Positions 8,149 to 17,387 of a stretch of 64,000 bases of DNA are shown one piece after another. Within the stretch, counting starts at the first letter, position 1. Each line of letters begins with the position of its first letter. A model generated the notes under the pieces. It was not told the DNA's origin and did no database searches. It worked only from the letters and a program-made list of their open reading frames with translations. The translations under genes and the position numbers were made by a program. Where the stretch lies: positions 279,569 to 343,568 of the forward strand of contig CAVRVJ010000003.1 in NCBI GenBank assembly GCA_963724645.1. Reading direction: 5' to 3'. The stretch is from an uncultured Acidobacteriota bacterium. Lineage in GTDB: Bacteria; Acidobacteriota; Vicinamibacteria; Vicinamibacterales; SCN-69-37.

Positions 8149-10623
8149 GTGGTAATCACCTCCGTCCCCCTGCTCCTGCTTGTCGGCTATCTGCCTGGCG
8201 CGGTGATCTTTCGACTGCCGTTCGCCGGCCGCGAACGGCGTGCGGCGCTGCCGGCAGACGAGCGCGTGTTCTGGCACGTGATGCTGAGCGTGGCCTGGTC
8301 GCTGATCGTGGTGCTGCTGCTGGCGGCGCTCGAGAGCTACCGATTCGAGCGGCTTCTGCTTCTCAATGCCGGCCTTTGCGTCCTGCTGGTCGTAGGCAGC
8401 GGGGCGCGGCTGATCTATCGCGGCCAGGCCGTCCGGGTGGCGTTGACTGCCATGCTGCCGATCGGGTTGATCGCGCTTGGTGGCTGGCGATTCTTTCCGC
8501 CATCGGAATACATCATCGGCGGCAAGGACCCCGGCACCTACGTGAACGAGGGTATTCAGATTGCGCAGCGAGGTACGCTGACGATCCATGATCCGGTCAT
8601 TGCGGCCGTTCCGGAGTATGCGCGCGAACTGTTTTTTCCGTCGTATCACGTGGCCGAGTACTACAGCCTCCGGTTCATGGGGTTTTATCTGCGCGATGCG
8701 CACGGCACGAACGTGAACGGTCAGTTTCCTCAGTTGTTTCCAGCCTCCATCGCCATCGGCTACGGCCTCGGCGGATTAACCGGAGCCCGCCTCACAACCG
8801 GCGTCTGGGGCATCCTGGGACTGCTCGCGGTGTACTTCGCAGGCGCGCGGCTCGTCGGCCGCGCCGCGGCGTCCGCCGGCACGCTGCTCCTCGGCCTGAA
8901 CGTGACGGAGGTGTGGTTCGCCCGCTATCCCAACAGCGAACTGGTCACGCAGGCGCTGTTGTTCGCCGCCCTGCTGGCCTTCGCGCGCGCAGATCGGGAC
9001 GACGATCGGTTCTTCGCGCCCGTGTCGGGCACGCTCGTGGGCCTGATACTTTTCACGCGTATCGACGCGCTCCCGGTCATTGCCGGAATGCTCGCCGCCG
9101 GCGTCCTGGTCTGGCTGGTCGAGCGACGCACGATCCGCGCGGGATTTCTGGCGTCACTGATTCCATGGGGAGTGGCGGCAGCCTTTTATTACGCGGGGCC
9201 AATCCTTCCGTACACAAAACGGGCATTCCTGTATCTGGTCAACCTGCCGGCGCTCGGAGTCGCCGGTGCCGCCGCGGCGCTGGCTGCGGTCTTTGTCGCG
9301 CTCCTGCTGATGCGCAGCCATTTCGCCGAGCGCGCACGGCGTCTCGTGCCCGCGTCCATCACGATCCTGATCGTGCTGGCCGCTCTCTACGCCGCATTCC
9401 TTCGTCAACCGGGCGGCCGGCTGGCCGCGCACGACGCGTTCGCTTTGCGCAATTTCACGAACCTGTATCTCCTGTGGCCCGGCCTGGCGGCTGCCCTGAT
9501 TGGCTTTGCGGTCGTTGTGCGCCGTGACTTCTGGCGCGATCCGGCCTTCGTGTTGGTCTTCTCCGGCCTCTCGATGTTCTTCTTCTACAAGATCCAAATC
9601 GTGCCGATTGAATTCTGGGCGGCACGGCGATTCCTGCCGGTGATTCTGCCTGGTGCGCTGCTGTTCGCCGCGGCGGCCGGGCTCGGCCCTGCCGCCGGAC
9701 CACAGCGGCTGCGCCGCGCCGCGGGCATCGCGCTCGTGGCGCTCCTCGGATATCAGTACGTCGTGCGAGCGGAGCCGGTGATGCCGCACGTCGAGTACGC
9801 GGGCATAATCCCTGCGCTCGAACGTCTCGCCGCCAGATTCGATGACCGCGATCTGGTGCTCGTCGAAGCACGGAATGCAGGCGCGGACACCCACGTGCTG
9901 GCCGTGCCGCTCGCCTACATTTACGCGCGCAACGTGCTGGTCCTGAATTCGGCCCGTCCGGACAAGCTTCAGCTGCGCGCCTTCCTCGAGGACGGGTTGA
10001 AGAATTACAGGCACGTGTACTTCGTTGGGGGTGGGGGCACAGACCTGCTGTCGCGCCATATCAGCGCTCGCCCAATCGCCGACGAGAAGATCAAGGTCCC
10101 AGAGTTCGAATCGACCCAGGAACGATTACCGGCAACCGTCCGGCGGAAGGATTTCGACTACAGCGTGTACGAACTTGCGCTCGACGCGCCAGCCGCGGGG
10201 CCGTTCACCCTCGACGTCGGGGACCGCGACGACCTCCACGTCCTGAGGTTCCTCGCCAAGGAATCGAGCGAGGGCCGCACGTTCAGGTGGACCGGGCCGC
10301 AGTCGTTCGTGGCGATTCCGGGGATGAACGGGACCGAACGCGAGGTCGTGCTCGTCATGCACGACGGCGGACGTCCGGCGCAGGCCCCGAGGGCACACGT
10401 CGAAGTGCAGCTCAACGGCATGCCCCTCGGCGGGGTTGATGTTGGACCGGGCTTCCGTGAGTACCGCTTCGCGATTCCCCCGGGCGTTGCGGCCCAGGCC
10501 GCCAGTGTCGACGACCCGGCCCAGCTTACACTCGTATCGAGCGTGTGGATTCCCCAGCAACTGCTCGGCGGCACGGACGATCGCAAACTCGGCGTGATGC
10601 TCGACCGGGTGGACGTGCGATGA
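8149..10623 (+). CDS. Large GT-C-like membrane protein with C-terminal beta-sandwich domain
   Basis: Many TMs, GGKDPGTY loop, WFARYPNSE, RRFLP; C-terminal FRWTG...DDRKLGV domain. Confidence 0.72.
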   Translation: MVITSVPLLLLVGYLPGAVIFRLPFAGRERRAALPADERVFWHVMLSVAWSLIVVLLLAALESYRFERLLLLNAGLCVLLVVGSGARLIYRGQAVRVALTAMLPIGLIALGGWRFFPPSEYIIGGKDPGTYVNEGIQIAQRGTLTIHDPVIAAVPEYARELFFPSYHVAEYYSLRFMGFYLRDAHGTNVNGQFPQLFPASIAIGYGLGGLTGARLTTGVWGILGLLAVYFAGARLVGRAAASAGTLLLGLNVTEVWFARYPNSELVTQALLFAALLAFARADRDDDRFFAPVSGTLVGLILFTRIDALPVIAGMLAAGVLVWLVERRTIRAGFLASLIPWGVAAAFYYAGPILPYTKRAFLYLVNLPALGVAGAAAALAAVFVALLLMRSHFAERARRLVPASITILIVLAALYAAFLRQPGGRLAAHDAFALRNFTNLYLLWPGLAAALIGFAVVVRRDFWRDPAFVLVFSGLSMFFFYKIQIVPIEFWAARRFLPVILPGALLFAAAAGLGPAAGPQRLRRAAGIALVALLGYQYVVRAEPVMPHVEYAGIIPALERLAARFDDRDLVLVEARNAGADTHVLAVPLAYIYARNVLVLNSARPDKLQLRAFLEDGLKNYRHVYFVGGGGTDLLSRHISARPIADEKIKVPEFESTQERLPATVRRKDFDYSVYELALDAPAAGPFTLDVGDRDDLHVLRFLAKESSEGRTFRWTGPQSFVAIPGMNGTEREVVLVMHDGGRPAQAPRAHVEVQLNGMPLGGVDVGPGFREYRFAIPPGVAAQAASVDDPAQLTLVSSVWIPQQLLGGTDDRKLGVMLDRVDVR

Positions 10624-10655
10624 CGACACGCGTGTGAACCGGACGAAGAAGCCTG

Positions 10656-11882
10656 ATGTTCAGTCGCCTGCAGATCTACGATCCCCGGGAACGGGCGCTC
10701 GTCGGACTCGCCGATCTGCTCGCGGCGCCACTCGGGTGGCGAAGATCGCGACGCGATCAAGGCCCCGTCCGGCGCGTGCTGCTGCTGCGCCTCGAACGCA
10801 TCGGTGATCTTCTCATGGTGCTCGACGCGATCCGCGACGCGCGGACCGTGTGGCCTGCTGCCAGCATCGACCTCGTCGTCGGCAGTTGGAACGCGCCGAT
10901 CGCCGGGCTCATTCCGGATATCGACCGCGTGGAAGTCGCCGATGTGCCGTGGCTCGCACGTGACGGCGAGGGCCAGTCCTGGCCCGCGCTCGTGCGACAG
11001 GCGCGCCAATGGCGTCGCAGGAAGTACGACCTCGTGCTGAACTTCGAACCGGACGTGCGCAGCAATCTGCTGGCCTGGTTGAGCGGTGCCAGACAACGGC
11101 TGGGCTACTGGACCGGCGGCGGCGGTTCATTCCTGACCGACGCGCAACCCTACGATCCGACCAGCCATGTCGCGGTCAACGCACGACGCCTCGTCGCGCG
11201 CGCGGCAATGAGCCTGCCGGAGCGAAGCGGGGATCCGCGGGGCTCCGCCGCTCGACAGCCGCCCGGGCCGGAGGTACAGCCCGGCGGAGACAACCTCGAC
11301 GTGTGGCCCAGGCTCGTGCCGCCGCCTGACGCGCTCGACCGCGCCCGCACGGTGCTGGGGACGAACAAGCGGCCGCTCATCGGGCTCCACGCGAGCGGCG
11401 GCCGCGAGTCCAAGCAATGGCACGTCGATCGCTTTGCCGCAGCCGCGCGTCAATTGGCACGCGGCCATCAGGCCACGATCGTGCTGACCGGCGCGCCCGC
11501 CGATCGACAGATCGTTGACCTCGCACGCCGTGCCCTGCACGGCGTGCCGTTTGTGGACGCCAGCGGCGCGCTGGATCTTCCGACACTTGCCGCACTGCTC
11601 GGGGAACTCGATCTCCTGATCACCAGCGACACGGGACCCATGCACCTGGCCGCGGTCATGGGCACGCCGGTCGTGGCCCTGTTCGGGCCGTCCGACCCGA
11701 GGCGCTACGGGCCGCTCGCGCGGAACGCCCGGGTGCTGCGTGTGGACTTGTGGTGCAGTCCCTGCGGCCGCGTCCGGCTGCCGCCGGCGCGCTGCCGCGG
11801 CCACGTGCCCGATTGCATGGATGGCATCAGCGTCGACGCCGTCGTGACCGCCGCCAACGAACTGCTGGCGATCGACCGGTGA
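10656..11882 (+). CDS. GT9 heptosyltransferase-like
   Basis: RLERIGDLL, SKQW, ITSDTGPMHLAA, ALFGPSDP, Cys-rich tail. Confidence 0.9.
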   Translation: MFSRLQIYDPRERALVGLADLLAAPLGWRRSRRDQGPVRRVLLLRLERIGDLLMVLDAIRDARTVWPAASIDLVVGSWNAPIAGLIPDIDRVEVADVPWLARDGEGQSWPALVRQARQWRRRKYDLVLNFEPDVRSNLLAWLSGARQRLGYWTGGGGSFLTDAQPYDPTSHVAVNARRLVARAAMSLPERSGDPRGSAARQPPGPEVQPGGDNLDVWPRLVPPPDALDRARTVLGTNKRPLIGLHASGGRESKQWHVDRFAAAARQLARGHQATIVLTGAPADRQIVDLARRALHGVPFVDASGALDLPTLAALLGELDLLITSDTGPMHLAAVMGTPVVALFGPSDPRRYGPLARNARVLRVDLWCSPCGRVRLPPARCRGHVPDCMDGISVDAVVTAANELLAIDR

Positions 11883-13675
11883 AGATCACACGCGTCACAC
11901 CGCAAGGCCGGCGTCTCGAGTACGACCGCGCGTCGCTTGTGACGCCCGAACTGCGCGAGGCCGCGCGCGTGGAGACCAATCAGTGGATCAAGCGCCTGCG
12001 TCTCGTCCGCTACGGCTCCCAGACGATGCGCGAGCGATTCACGTATCGGCAGGACTCACTCTGGTGGTTCACGGAGCTCTACCTGCACAAGATGAGGCGG
12101 CTGGAGGCCGCGGTCGAGACGCTGCTGGCGCTTGGGATCGCGTACGACCTCGAGGGTGGCAGCTTCGTTGTTGACACGCCGGATCCGGCCGTCCGCGAGG
12201 CAGCAGTCGCGTTCGGGCGCGCTCGCGGCGTGCCGATCGAGTTGCGCGGGGCGGTGGCCCCAGCCGGCACACGCTGGGCCAGCATGCTGATCGATGTCAC
12301 GGCGCGGCTGTCCAGACTCCGCGCTGCCCGCGTCAGGCCTTCGCGCTCACCGATAGTGGCCGCGTTCGTCCACACGGCGTTCTGGTCCGCGCCGGATCCA
12401 CGGCAGGAGACCTATATCGGTGCGGTGCTCGACGCGCTCGTTCACGAGTCTGGCGGCGCGGACGATTTGTTTTTTGTGGGTCTGGGTCCGCGCAGAAATT
12501 TTCGGGCGCGCCGATGGTGGGATCCAGCGGCGCCGGGATCCAGAATCCGATCGCCGGTGACCTCGATTGAACGGCTCGCGCCTGCGCCGGCATTGGCGGG
12601 CTCACGCGCGCTCTGGCGCACCCGCCACCGGCTCGCGGCAGACCTCACGACCGGCGAGGAAATCCGCGCCGCCGCGAGGATTGCCGGCTGCGACTTGTGG
12701 CCGGTTCTAAAGCGCGAGCTCGAAGCGGCCGCGCTCATCCAATGGCCGTGGTCGGCGCGAGCGATGGACGAGGCCGCAGCCGCATTCGATGCGCTCGAGC
12801 CAAAGGTGATGCTGACCTACGCGGAAGCCGGGGCTTGGGGCCGCGCGCTCGTGCTCGAAGCGCGGCGCCGAGGCGTGCGGTCGGTCGGAATCCAGCACGG
12901 CTTCATTTATCGCCACTGGCTCAACTACATCCACGAGCCCGACGAAATGCACCCGGCCGGCGGCAACCCTGGCTTTCCTCTTCCGGACAGGACGTTGCTG
13001 TACGATCGCTGCGCCGCAGAGCAACTTGCGACCAGCGGACATTTCCCCGAGGCCCGTCTGAGCGTCACGGGCAGCGCGCGCCTGGAGGCCCTGGCCGCGC
13101 AGGTCGTCGAACAGCGCCCTGCGCGCGAGCAGATCCGGCAGCGTCTCGGACTCCGCGACGGCCAGCGACTCGCCGTGCTCGCGGCAAAATTCACGGAGAT
13201 CGGGCCAACGCTGCCGGCCGTCATCGACGCGGCCTCTCGGGTGCAGGACCTGCGTCTCGTCATCAGGCCCCATCCGGCGGAGGTGGCGACGGTCTACGCT
13301 CCGCTGCTCGCCAATCGAACCAGCGCGTCGATCGCTCCCGCCGGCGCCGGGCTTGCCGAGTTGCTGGCCGCTGCGGATGTCGTGATCACGATGAACTCGA
13401 CGGTGGCGGTTGACGGTCTCGTCCTCGGCGTTCCGGCGCTCGTCGTCGGGCTTCCGAACAACCTGAGCCCGTTCGTCGAAGCGGGCGTCATGGCCGGGGC
13501 TGATGGCGCCGAGGGGATCCAGCGGGAGCTCGAGTCCCTCCTGTATGATCGTCAGATTCGACAGGAGTTGGCCGAGCGGGCCCGCGAGTTTGCGGCCCGC
13601 TACCGCCTGGCGCCCGCCCCAGGCGCGGCCAGGCGCGCGGCGGCCGAGATCCTGGTGCTTGCGGAAGCAGACTGA
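11879..13675 (+). CDS. Surface carbohydrate biosynthesis protein, GT-B fold (KpsS/TagF-like motifs)
   Basis: GIQHG, VTGSAR, IRPHPAE, NSTVAVDGLVLGVP. Confidence 0.6.
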   Translation: MKITRVTPQGRRLEYDRASLVTPELREAARVETNQWIKRLRLVRYGSQTMRERFTYRQDSLWWFTELYLHKMRRLEAAVETLLALGIAYDLEGGSFVVDTPDPAVREAAVAFGRARGVPIELRGAVAPAGTRWASMLIDVTARLSRLRAARVRPSRSPIVAAFVHTAFWSAPDPRQETYIGAVLDALVHESGGADDLFFVGLGPRRNFRARRWWDPAAPGSRIRSPVTSIERLAPAPALAGSRALWRTRHRLAADLTTGEEIRAAARIAGCDLWPVLKRELEAAALIQWPWSARAMDEAAAAFDALEPKVMLTYAEAGAWGRALVLEARRRGVRSVGIQHGFIYRHWLNYIHEPDEMHPAGGNPGFPLPDRTLLYDRCAAEQLATSGHFPEARLSVTGSARLEALAAQVVEQRPAREQIRQRLGLRDGQRLAVLAAKFTEIGPTLPAVIDAASRVQDLRLVIRPHPAEVATVYAPLLANRTSASIAPAGAGLAELLAAADVVITMNSTVAVDGLVLGVPALVVGLPNNLSPFVEAGVMAGADGAEGIQRELESLLYDRQIRQELAERAREFAARYRLAPAPGAARRAAAEILVLAEAD

Positions 13676-13691
13676 GTTACGAGGATCACCT

Positions 13692-14696
13692 ATGAAAGCG
13701 TTACTCACTGGGGGCGCCGGGTTCGTTGGATCACACCTGGCCGAGGCGCTGCTCGATCAGGGCCACGCCGTGCAGGTCATCGACGACCTGTCGACCGGCT
13801 CGATGGACAACATCGTTCACCTGAAAGGGCGGACCGGCTTTGAATACGTGATCGATTCGATCATGAACGAGTCGCTGACGGCGGAGCTCATCGATCGATC
13901 CGACGTCGTGTTCCATCTGGCCGCGGCGGTCGGCGTCAAGTTGATTGTCGAGGCGCCCGTGCGCACGATCGAGACCAACGTTCATGGCACGGAAGTCGTC
14001 CTGACGCACGCAAGCAAGAAGGGCAAGCTCGTCGTCGTGTTTTCGACCTCGGAGGTGTACGGAAAGAACGCCGATGTTCCGTTCCACGAGGACGCCGATC
14101 TGGTGATGGGTCCGACGACCAAGCATCGATGGGCGTACGCGTGCAGCAAGGCGCTGGACGAGTTCCTGGCGCTAGCCTACTGGAAGGAACGCAAGCTGCC
14201 GGTCGTGGTCGTTCGTCTCTTCAATACCGTCGGGCCCCGCCAGACGGGCCGCTACGGGATGGTCATTCCAACCTTCGTGCGACAGGCGCTCATGGGTCTG
14301 CCGATCACCGTGTATGGCGACGGCGAACAGCGGCGGTCGTTCACCTACGTCGGCGATGTCGTGAACGGCCTGATTGCGCTCGCCGGCGAACCTCGCGCCG
14401 TCGGCCAGGTGTTCAACATCGGCAACACCGAGGAAATCTCCATCAGCGATCTGGCGCAGCGCGTGAAGACGATGACCGGCAGCTCGTCCGACATCGTCCG
14501 GATCCCGTACGGGCAGGCGTACGAGGCAGGGTTCGAGGACATGCCGCGACGGGTTCCCAGCCTTTCGAAAATCCGCGAGTACGTGGGCTATGCGCCAACG
14601 ATCGGCCTCGAAGAAATTCTTCGCCGTGTGGTCGACCATACCCGCGCGACCCTCGAGCCGGTATCGAGCCGTGCTGAGGGAATTCGCCGTCGATAG
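13692..14696 (+). CDS. NAD-dependent epimerase/dehydratase (UDP-GlcA decarboxylase/ArnA-like)
   Basis: RBS GAGGA; TGGAGFVGS, STSEVYG, YACSK, FNTVGPRQ. Confidence 0.92.
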   Translation: MKALLTGGAGFVGSHLAEALLDQGHAVQVIDDLSTGSMDNIVHLKGRTGFEYVIDSIMNESLTAELIDRSDVVFHLAAAVGVKLIVEAPVRTIETNVHGTEVVLTHASKKGKLVVVFSTSEVYGKNADVPFHEDADLVMGPTTKHRWAYACSKALDEFLALAYWKERKLPVVVVRLFNTVGPRQTGRYGMVIPTFVRQALMGLPITVYGDGEQRRSFTYVGDVVNGLIALAGEPRAVGQVFNIGNTEEISISDLAQRVKTMTGSSSDIVRIPYGQAYEAGFEDMPRRVPSLSKIREYVGYAPTIGLEEILRRVVDHTRATLEPVSSRAEGIRRR

Positions 14697-14710
14697 ATGC
14701 ACGCACGACC

Positions 14711-15658
14711 TTGTCTCTGACACGCCGCGCACGGTCGGTCGCCGAGCGAGCTCTGGTCGCGAATGCCAGACCCGTCCGCCGCTTGCTATTGGCGGCGGGC
14801 CGCGAGCGCGCGCGCCACCTGCCAGACATCGTGCAGATCGAGAGCACCAACCTGTGCAACGCGAAGTGCGTGTTCTGCCCGCGCGACGAAATGCACCGGC
14901 GCCAGGGCGTCATGGAGATGGACCTGTTCAAGAAGGTCGTCGACGAGTGCGCGGCGCTTGGCATCACGCACGTCCGCGTGCACAACTACGGTGAGCCCTT
15001 CCTCGACCGTCAACTGGTGGAAAAGGTGCGGTACGCCAAAGAGCGCGGCATCGCCGAGGTCGGCATGATCAGCAACGGCTCGCTCATCACGGAGCCGATT
15101 GCGCGCGGCATGATCGAGGCGGGCCTCGACGCGATCAACATCAGCGTGGACGCCTCGGGCAAGGAGACCTTCGAGCGAACCCGCGTCCACCTCGAGTACG
15201 ACACCGTGATCGCCAACATCCGGGCGCTGGCGCGCCTCCGCAAGGAGATGGGCCGCAGGCGGCCGAAGCTGATTCTGTCGTTCGTCCGGCAGGGCAATAC
15301 GGCCGACGAACAGGCCTTCATCGAAGAATGGAGCCAGGTCGCCGATAAGATCCACGTGACCGATCTGCACAACTGGGCCGGCACGCTCAACGAGACATCG
15401 AATGTCAGTTTTCCCTGCTACCGGCTCTGGCTGACGTTCACGGTGCTGTGGGACGGGCGCGTGTCACTCTGCTGTGCGGACTTCGACGGCCGTCACATCC
15501 TCGGCGACCTGCGGACATCGACGATCGCGGAGATCTGGAACTCGCCGACCTATCTGGCCGTTCGCCGGCAGCACCTGCAGGACGGGGGCCCGGGAATCTG
15601 CCGCTCCTGCGACCTGCCGAAGAAAGACTCGCCGCTCTGGATCAAGCGGCTTCTCTAG
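14711..15658 (+). CDS. Radical SAM protein with SPASM/Twitch domain
   Basis: CNAKCVFC, YGEP, C-terminal C..W..CCAD..G..W..CRSC. Confidence 0.9.
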   Translation: MSLTRRARSVAERALVANARPVRRLLLAAGRERARHLPDIVQIESTNLCNAKCVFCPRDEMHRRQGVMEMDLFKKVVDECAALGITHVRVHNYGEPFLDRQLVEKVRYAKERGIAEVGMISNGSLITEPIARGMIEAGLDAINISVDASGKETFERTRVHLEYDTVIANIRALARLRKEMGRRRPKLILSFVRQGNTADEQAFIEEWSQVADKIHVTDLHNWAGTLNETSNVSFPCYRLWLTFTVLWDGRVSLCCADFDGRHILGDLRTSTIAEIWNSPTYLAVRRQHLQDGGPGICRSCDLPKKDSPLWIKRLL

Positions 15659-15761
15659 CAGCCCGAGCACGGGTCCTGTCGTCATAATTGGAGTCCTGGC
15701 AGACCGTGGGGCATCACCGGGCGTCTCGTATACTGAAGAGCGGGCCTTTACAGGAGTCTTG

Positions 15762-16625
15762 ATGCGTTTCAGCTGTCCGATTGGCGCGGTGGTCGTGGGG
15801 CTGATCCTTGCGGCACCAGCAGTTGACTTCGCTCAAGGCCAGCGGCCGGTGGCCGTGCCTATTGTCGGTTCGCCCGCAGCCGAGCAGGCGCCACAGGCAC
15901 CGACGCAGGTGCCGCCGAGGCCGAGCCAGCCGGTGGCGCCGCCGCAGGTGCCGCAGGTGTCCAGTCCTGCGCCGGTTTTGCGGGCCGAGCGGAAGCTCGA
16001 GTTGTCGTTCAAGGACGGCACGGTGGCGCTCGACGCGCAGAACGTCTCGATTCGCGAGATTCTCATGGAGTGGCAGCGCCGCGACGGCTGCCAGTTCGTG
16101 AACGCCGACAAGTTGCCGTCGGCGCCGGTGACGATGCAGTTTCCGGCCGGCACGCCGGGGCTCGACGCCATCGATTCGCTGTTACGCGGCCTGGCGACGC
16201 CGACGACCGGATACGGCTACATCGTCGCGCCCGCAAGTGGCCAGAATGCCGCCGTGTGCGGTGCGGTCTACATTGTCCCGAGCAGCCGCCCGACCTCCTC
16301 GGCGAACTACTACATGCCGATGCCGAGCACGTCGCCAGTGGCCGCGCCGCTTGTGACGAACGTTTCGCCGGATGACGAGATTCCGCCGGTCGTGCCATTC
16401 GCGCCGGCTGTCCCACCGGGGCAGCCGCAGCCGTATCCTGGTGTGGTCAATCCCAATCAGCCTCGGCCGCCTCAGCAGAATCCGAATATGCCGGGCTCGA
16501 ACACGCCACCGCCGGCGCAACCGCCGGTCTTCGCCCCGATCGCCCCCACAGCTCCAGGGGCGGGCCGCATTGGCGCACCGCCGCCATCCCCAGCGCCCAA
16601 CAGCAACGGCCGAGGCGGGCAATAG
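15762..16625 (+). CDS. Secreted proline-rich protein with an STN/secretin-N0-like domain
   Basis: RBS CAGGAG, signal peptide, central VALDAQNVSIREIL...AIDSLL segment between Pro/Gln-rich stretches. Confidence 0.6.
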   Translation: MRFSCPIGAVVVGLILAAPAVDFAQGQRPVAVPIVGSPAAEQAPQAPTQVPPRPSQPVAPPQVPQVSSPAPVLRAERKLELSFKDGTVALDAQNVSIREILMEWQRRDGCQFVNADKLPSAPVTMQFPAGTPGLDAIDSLLRGLATPTTGYGYIVAPASGQNAAVCGAVYIVPSSRPTSSANYYMPMPSTSPVAAPLVTNVSPDDEIPPVVPFAPAVPPGQPQPYPGVVNPNQPRPPQQNPNMPGSNTPPPAQPPVFAPIAPTAPGAGRIGAPPPSPAPNSNGRGGQ

Positions 16626-16667
16626 CACCGCAGAAGGCAGAAGGCGGACGACGCCATTTGCCTTAAC

Positions 16668-17381
16668 ATGTGCTTCATGACCGAACCCGTCGAGCGGACG
16701 GGAGAATACGCGCTGCGCGGCGATTATCACCGCCAGCTCTCGCCGGACTGGGAGTTCTATCCGACGTACCTCGCCAAGCTCGATCTCGTGCGGCAGTACT
16801 TGTCGGCGGCGCCAGCTTCCACACGCGTACTCGACGCAGGCTGCGGCGAGGGCGTGCTCGTCGACGAATTCCACGGGCGGCTGGCGATCGAGGGCGTCGA
16901 TCCGAACTTCGCCTCGGATCATGTGCGCCGGGGGTCGCTCGTGGCGCTGCCGTATACGGATGGTGCCTTCGATCGCGCGCTCTGCCTCGATGTACTGGAA
17001 CATCTTTCGTACGCGGATCAGCCGCGCGCATTCGCGGAACTGTTCCGGATTCTGAAACCCGGCGGCGAGCTCTTCGTAACCGTCCCCAACCTCGCTCACC
17101 TGCAGTCGCGGATTCATTTTCTACTCGGCGGCCGGCTGATTCGGACCGCCAATCCCTTGAAGCACCCGGGTGACCGGCCAATCGGCGAATACCTCGAGCT
17201 GGCGGCGCGCGCCGGATTCGTGCTCGTCGAACGCCGGGGAATTTTTCCGACGGTGCCGGTGTTGACCCGCTGGATCCGGCGCTCTCCCGCGCGGCTTCTG
17301 CCGCTGCACCGCTGGCTTACGCGTCTCTTGCCCATCCCCGGGTGGTGCTTTCTCAACGTGCTCCGGTTCCGGCGGCCCTGA
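16668..17381 (+). CDS. Class I SAM-dependent methyltransferase
   Basis: VLDAGCGEG, LPYTDGAFD, LEHL, LKPGG. Confidence 0.9.
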   Translation: MCFMTEPVERTGEYALRGDYHRQLSPDWEFYPTYLAKLDLVRQYLSAAPASTRVLDAGCGEGVLVDEFHGRLAIEGVDPNFASDHVRRGSLVALPYTDGAFDRALCLDVLEHLSYADQPRAFAELFRILKPGGELFVTVPNLAHLQSRIHFLLGGRLIRTANPLKHPGDRPIGEYLELAARAGFVLVERRGIFPTVPVLTRWIRRSPARLLPLHRWLTRLLPIPGWCFLNVLRFRRP

Positions 17382-17387
17382 TCGGCT

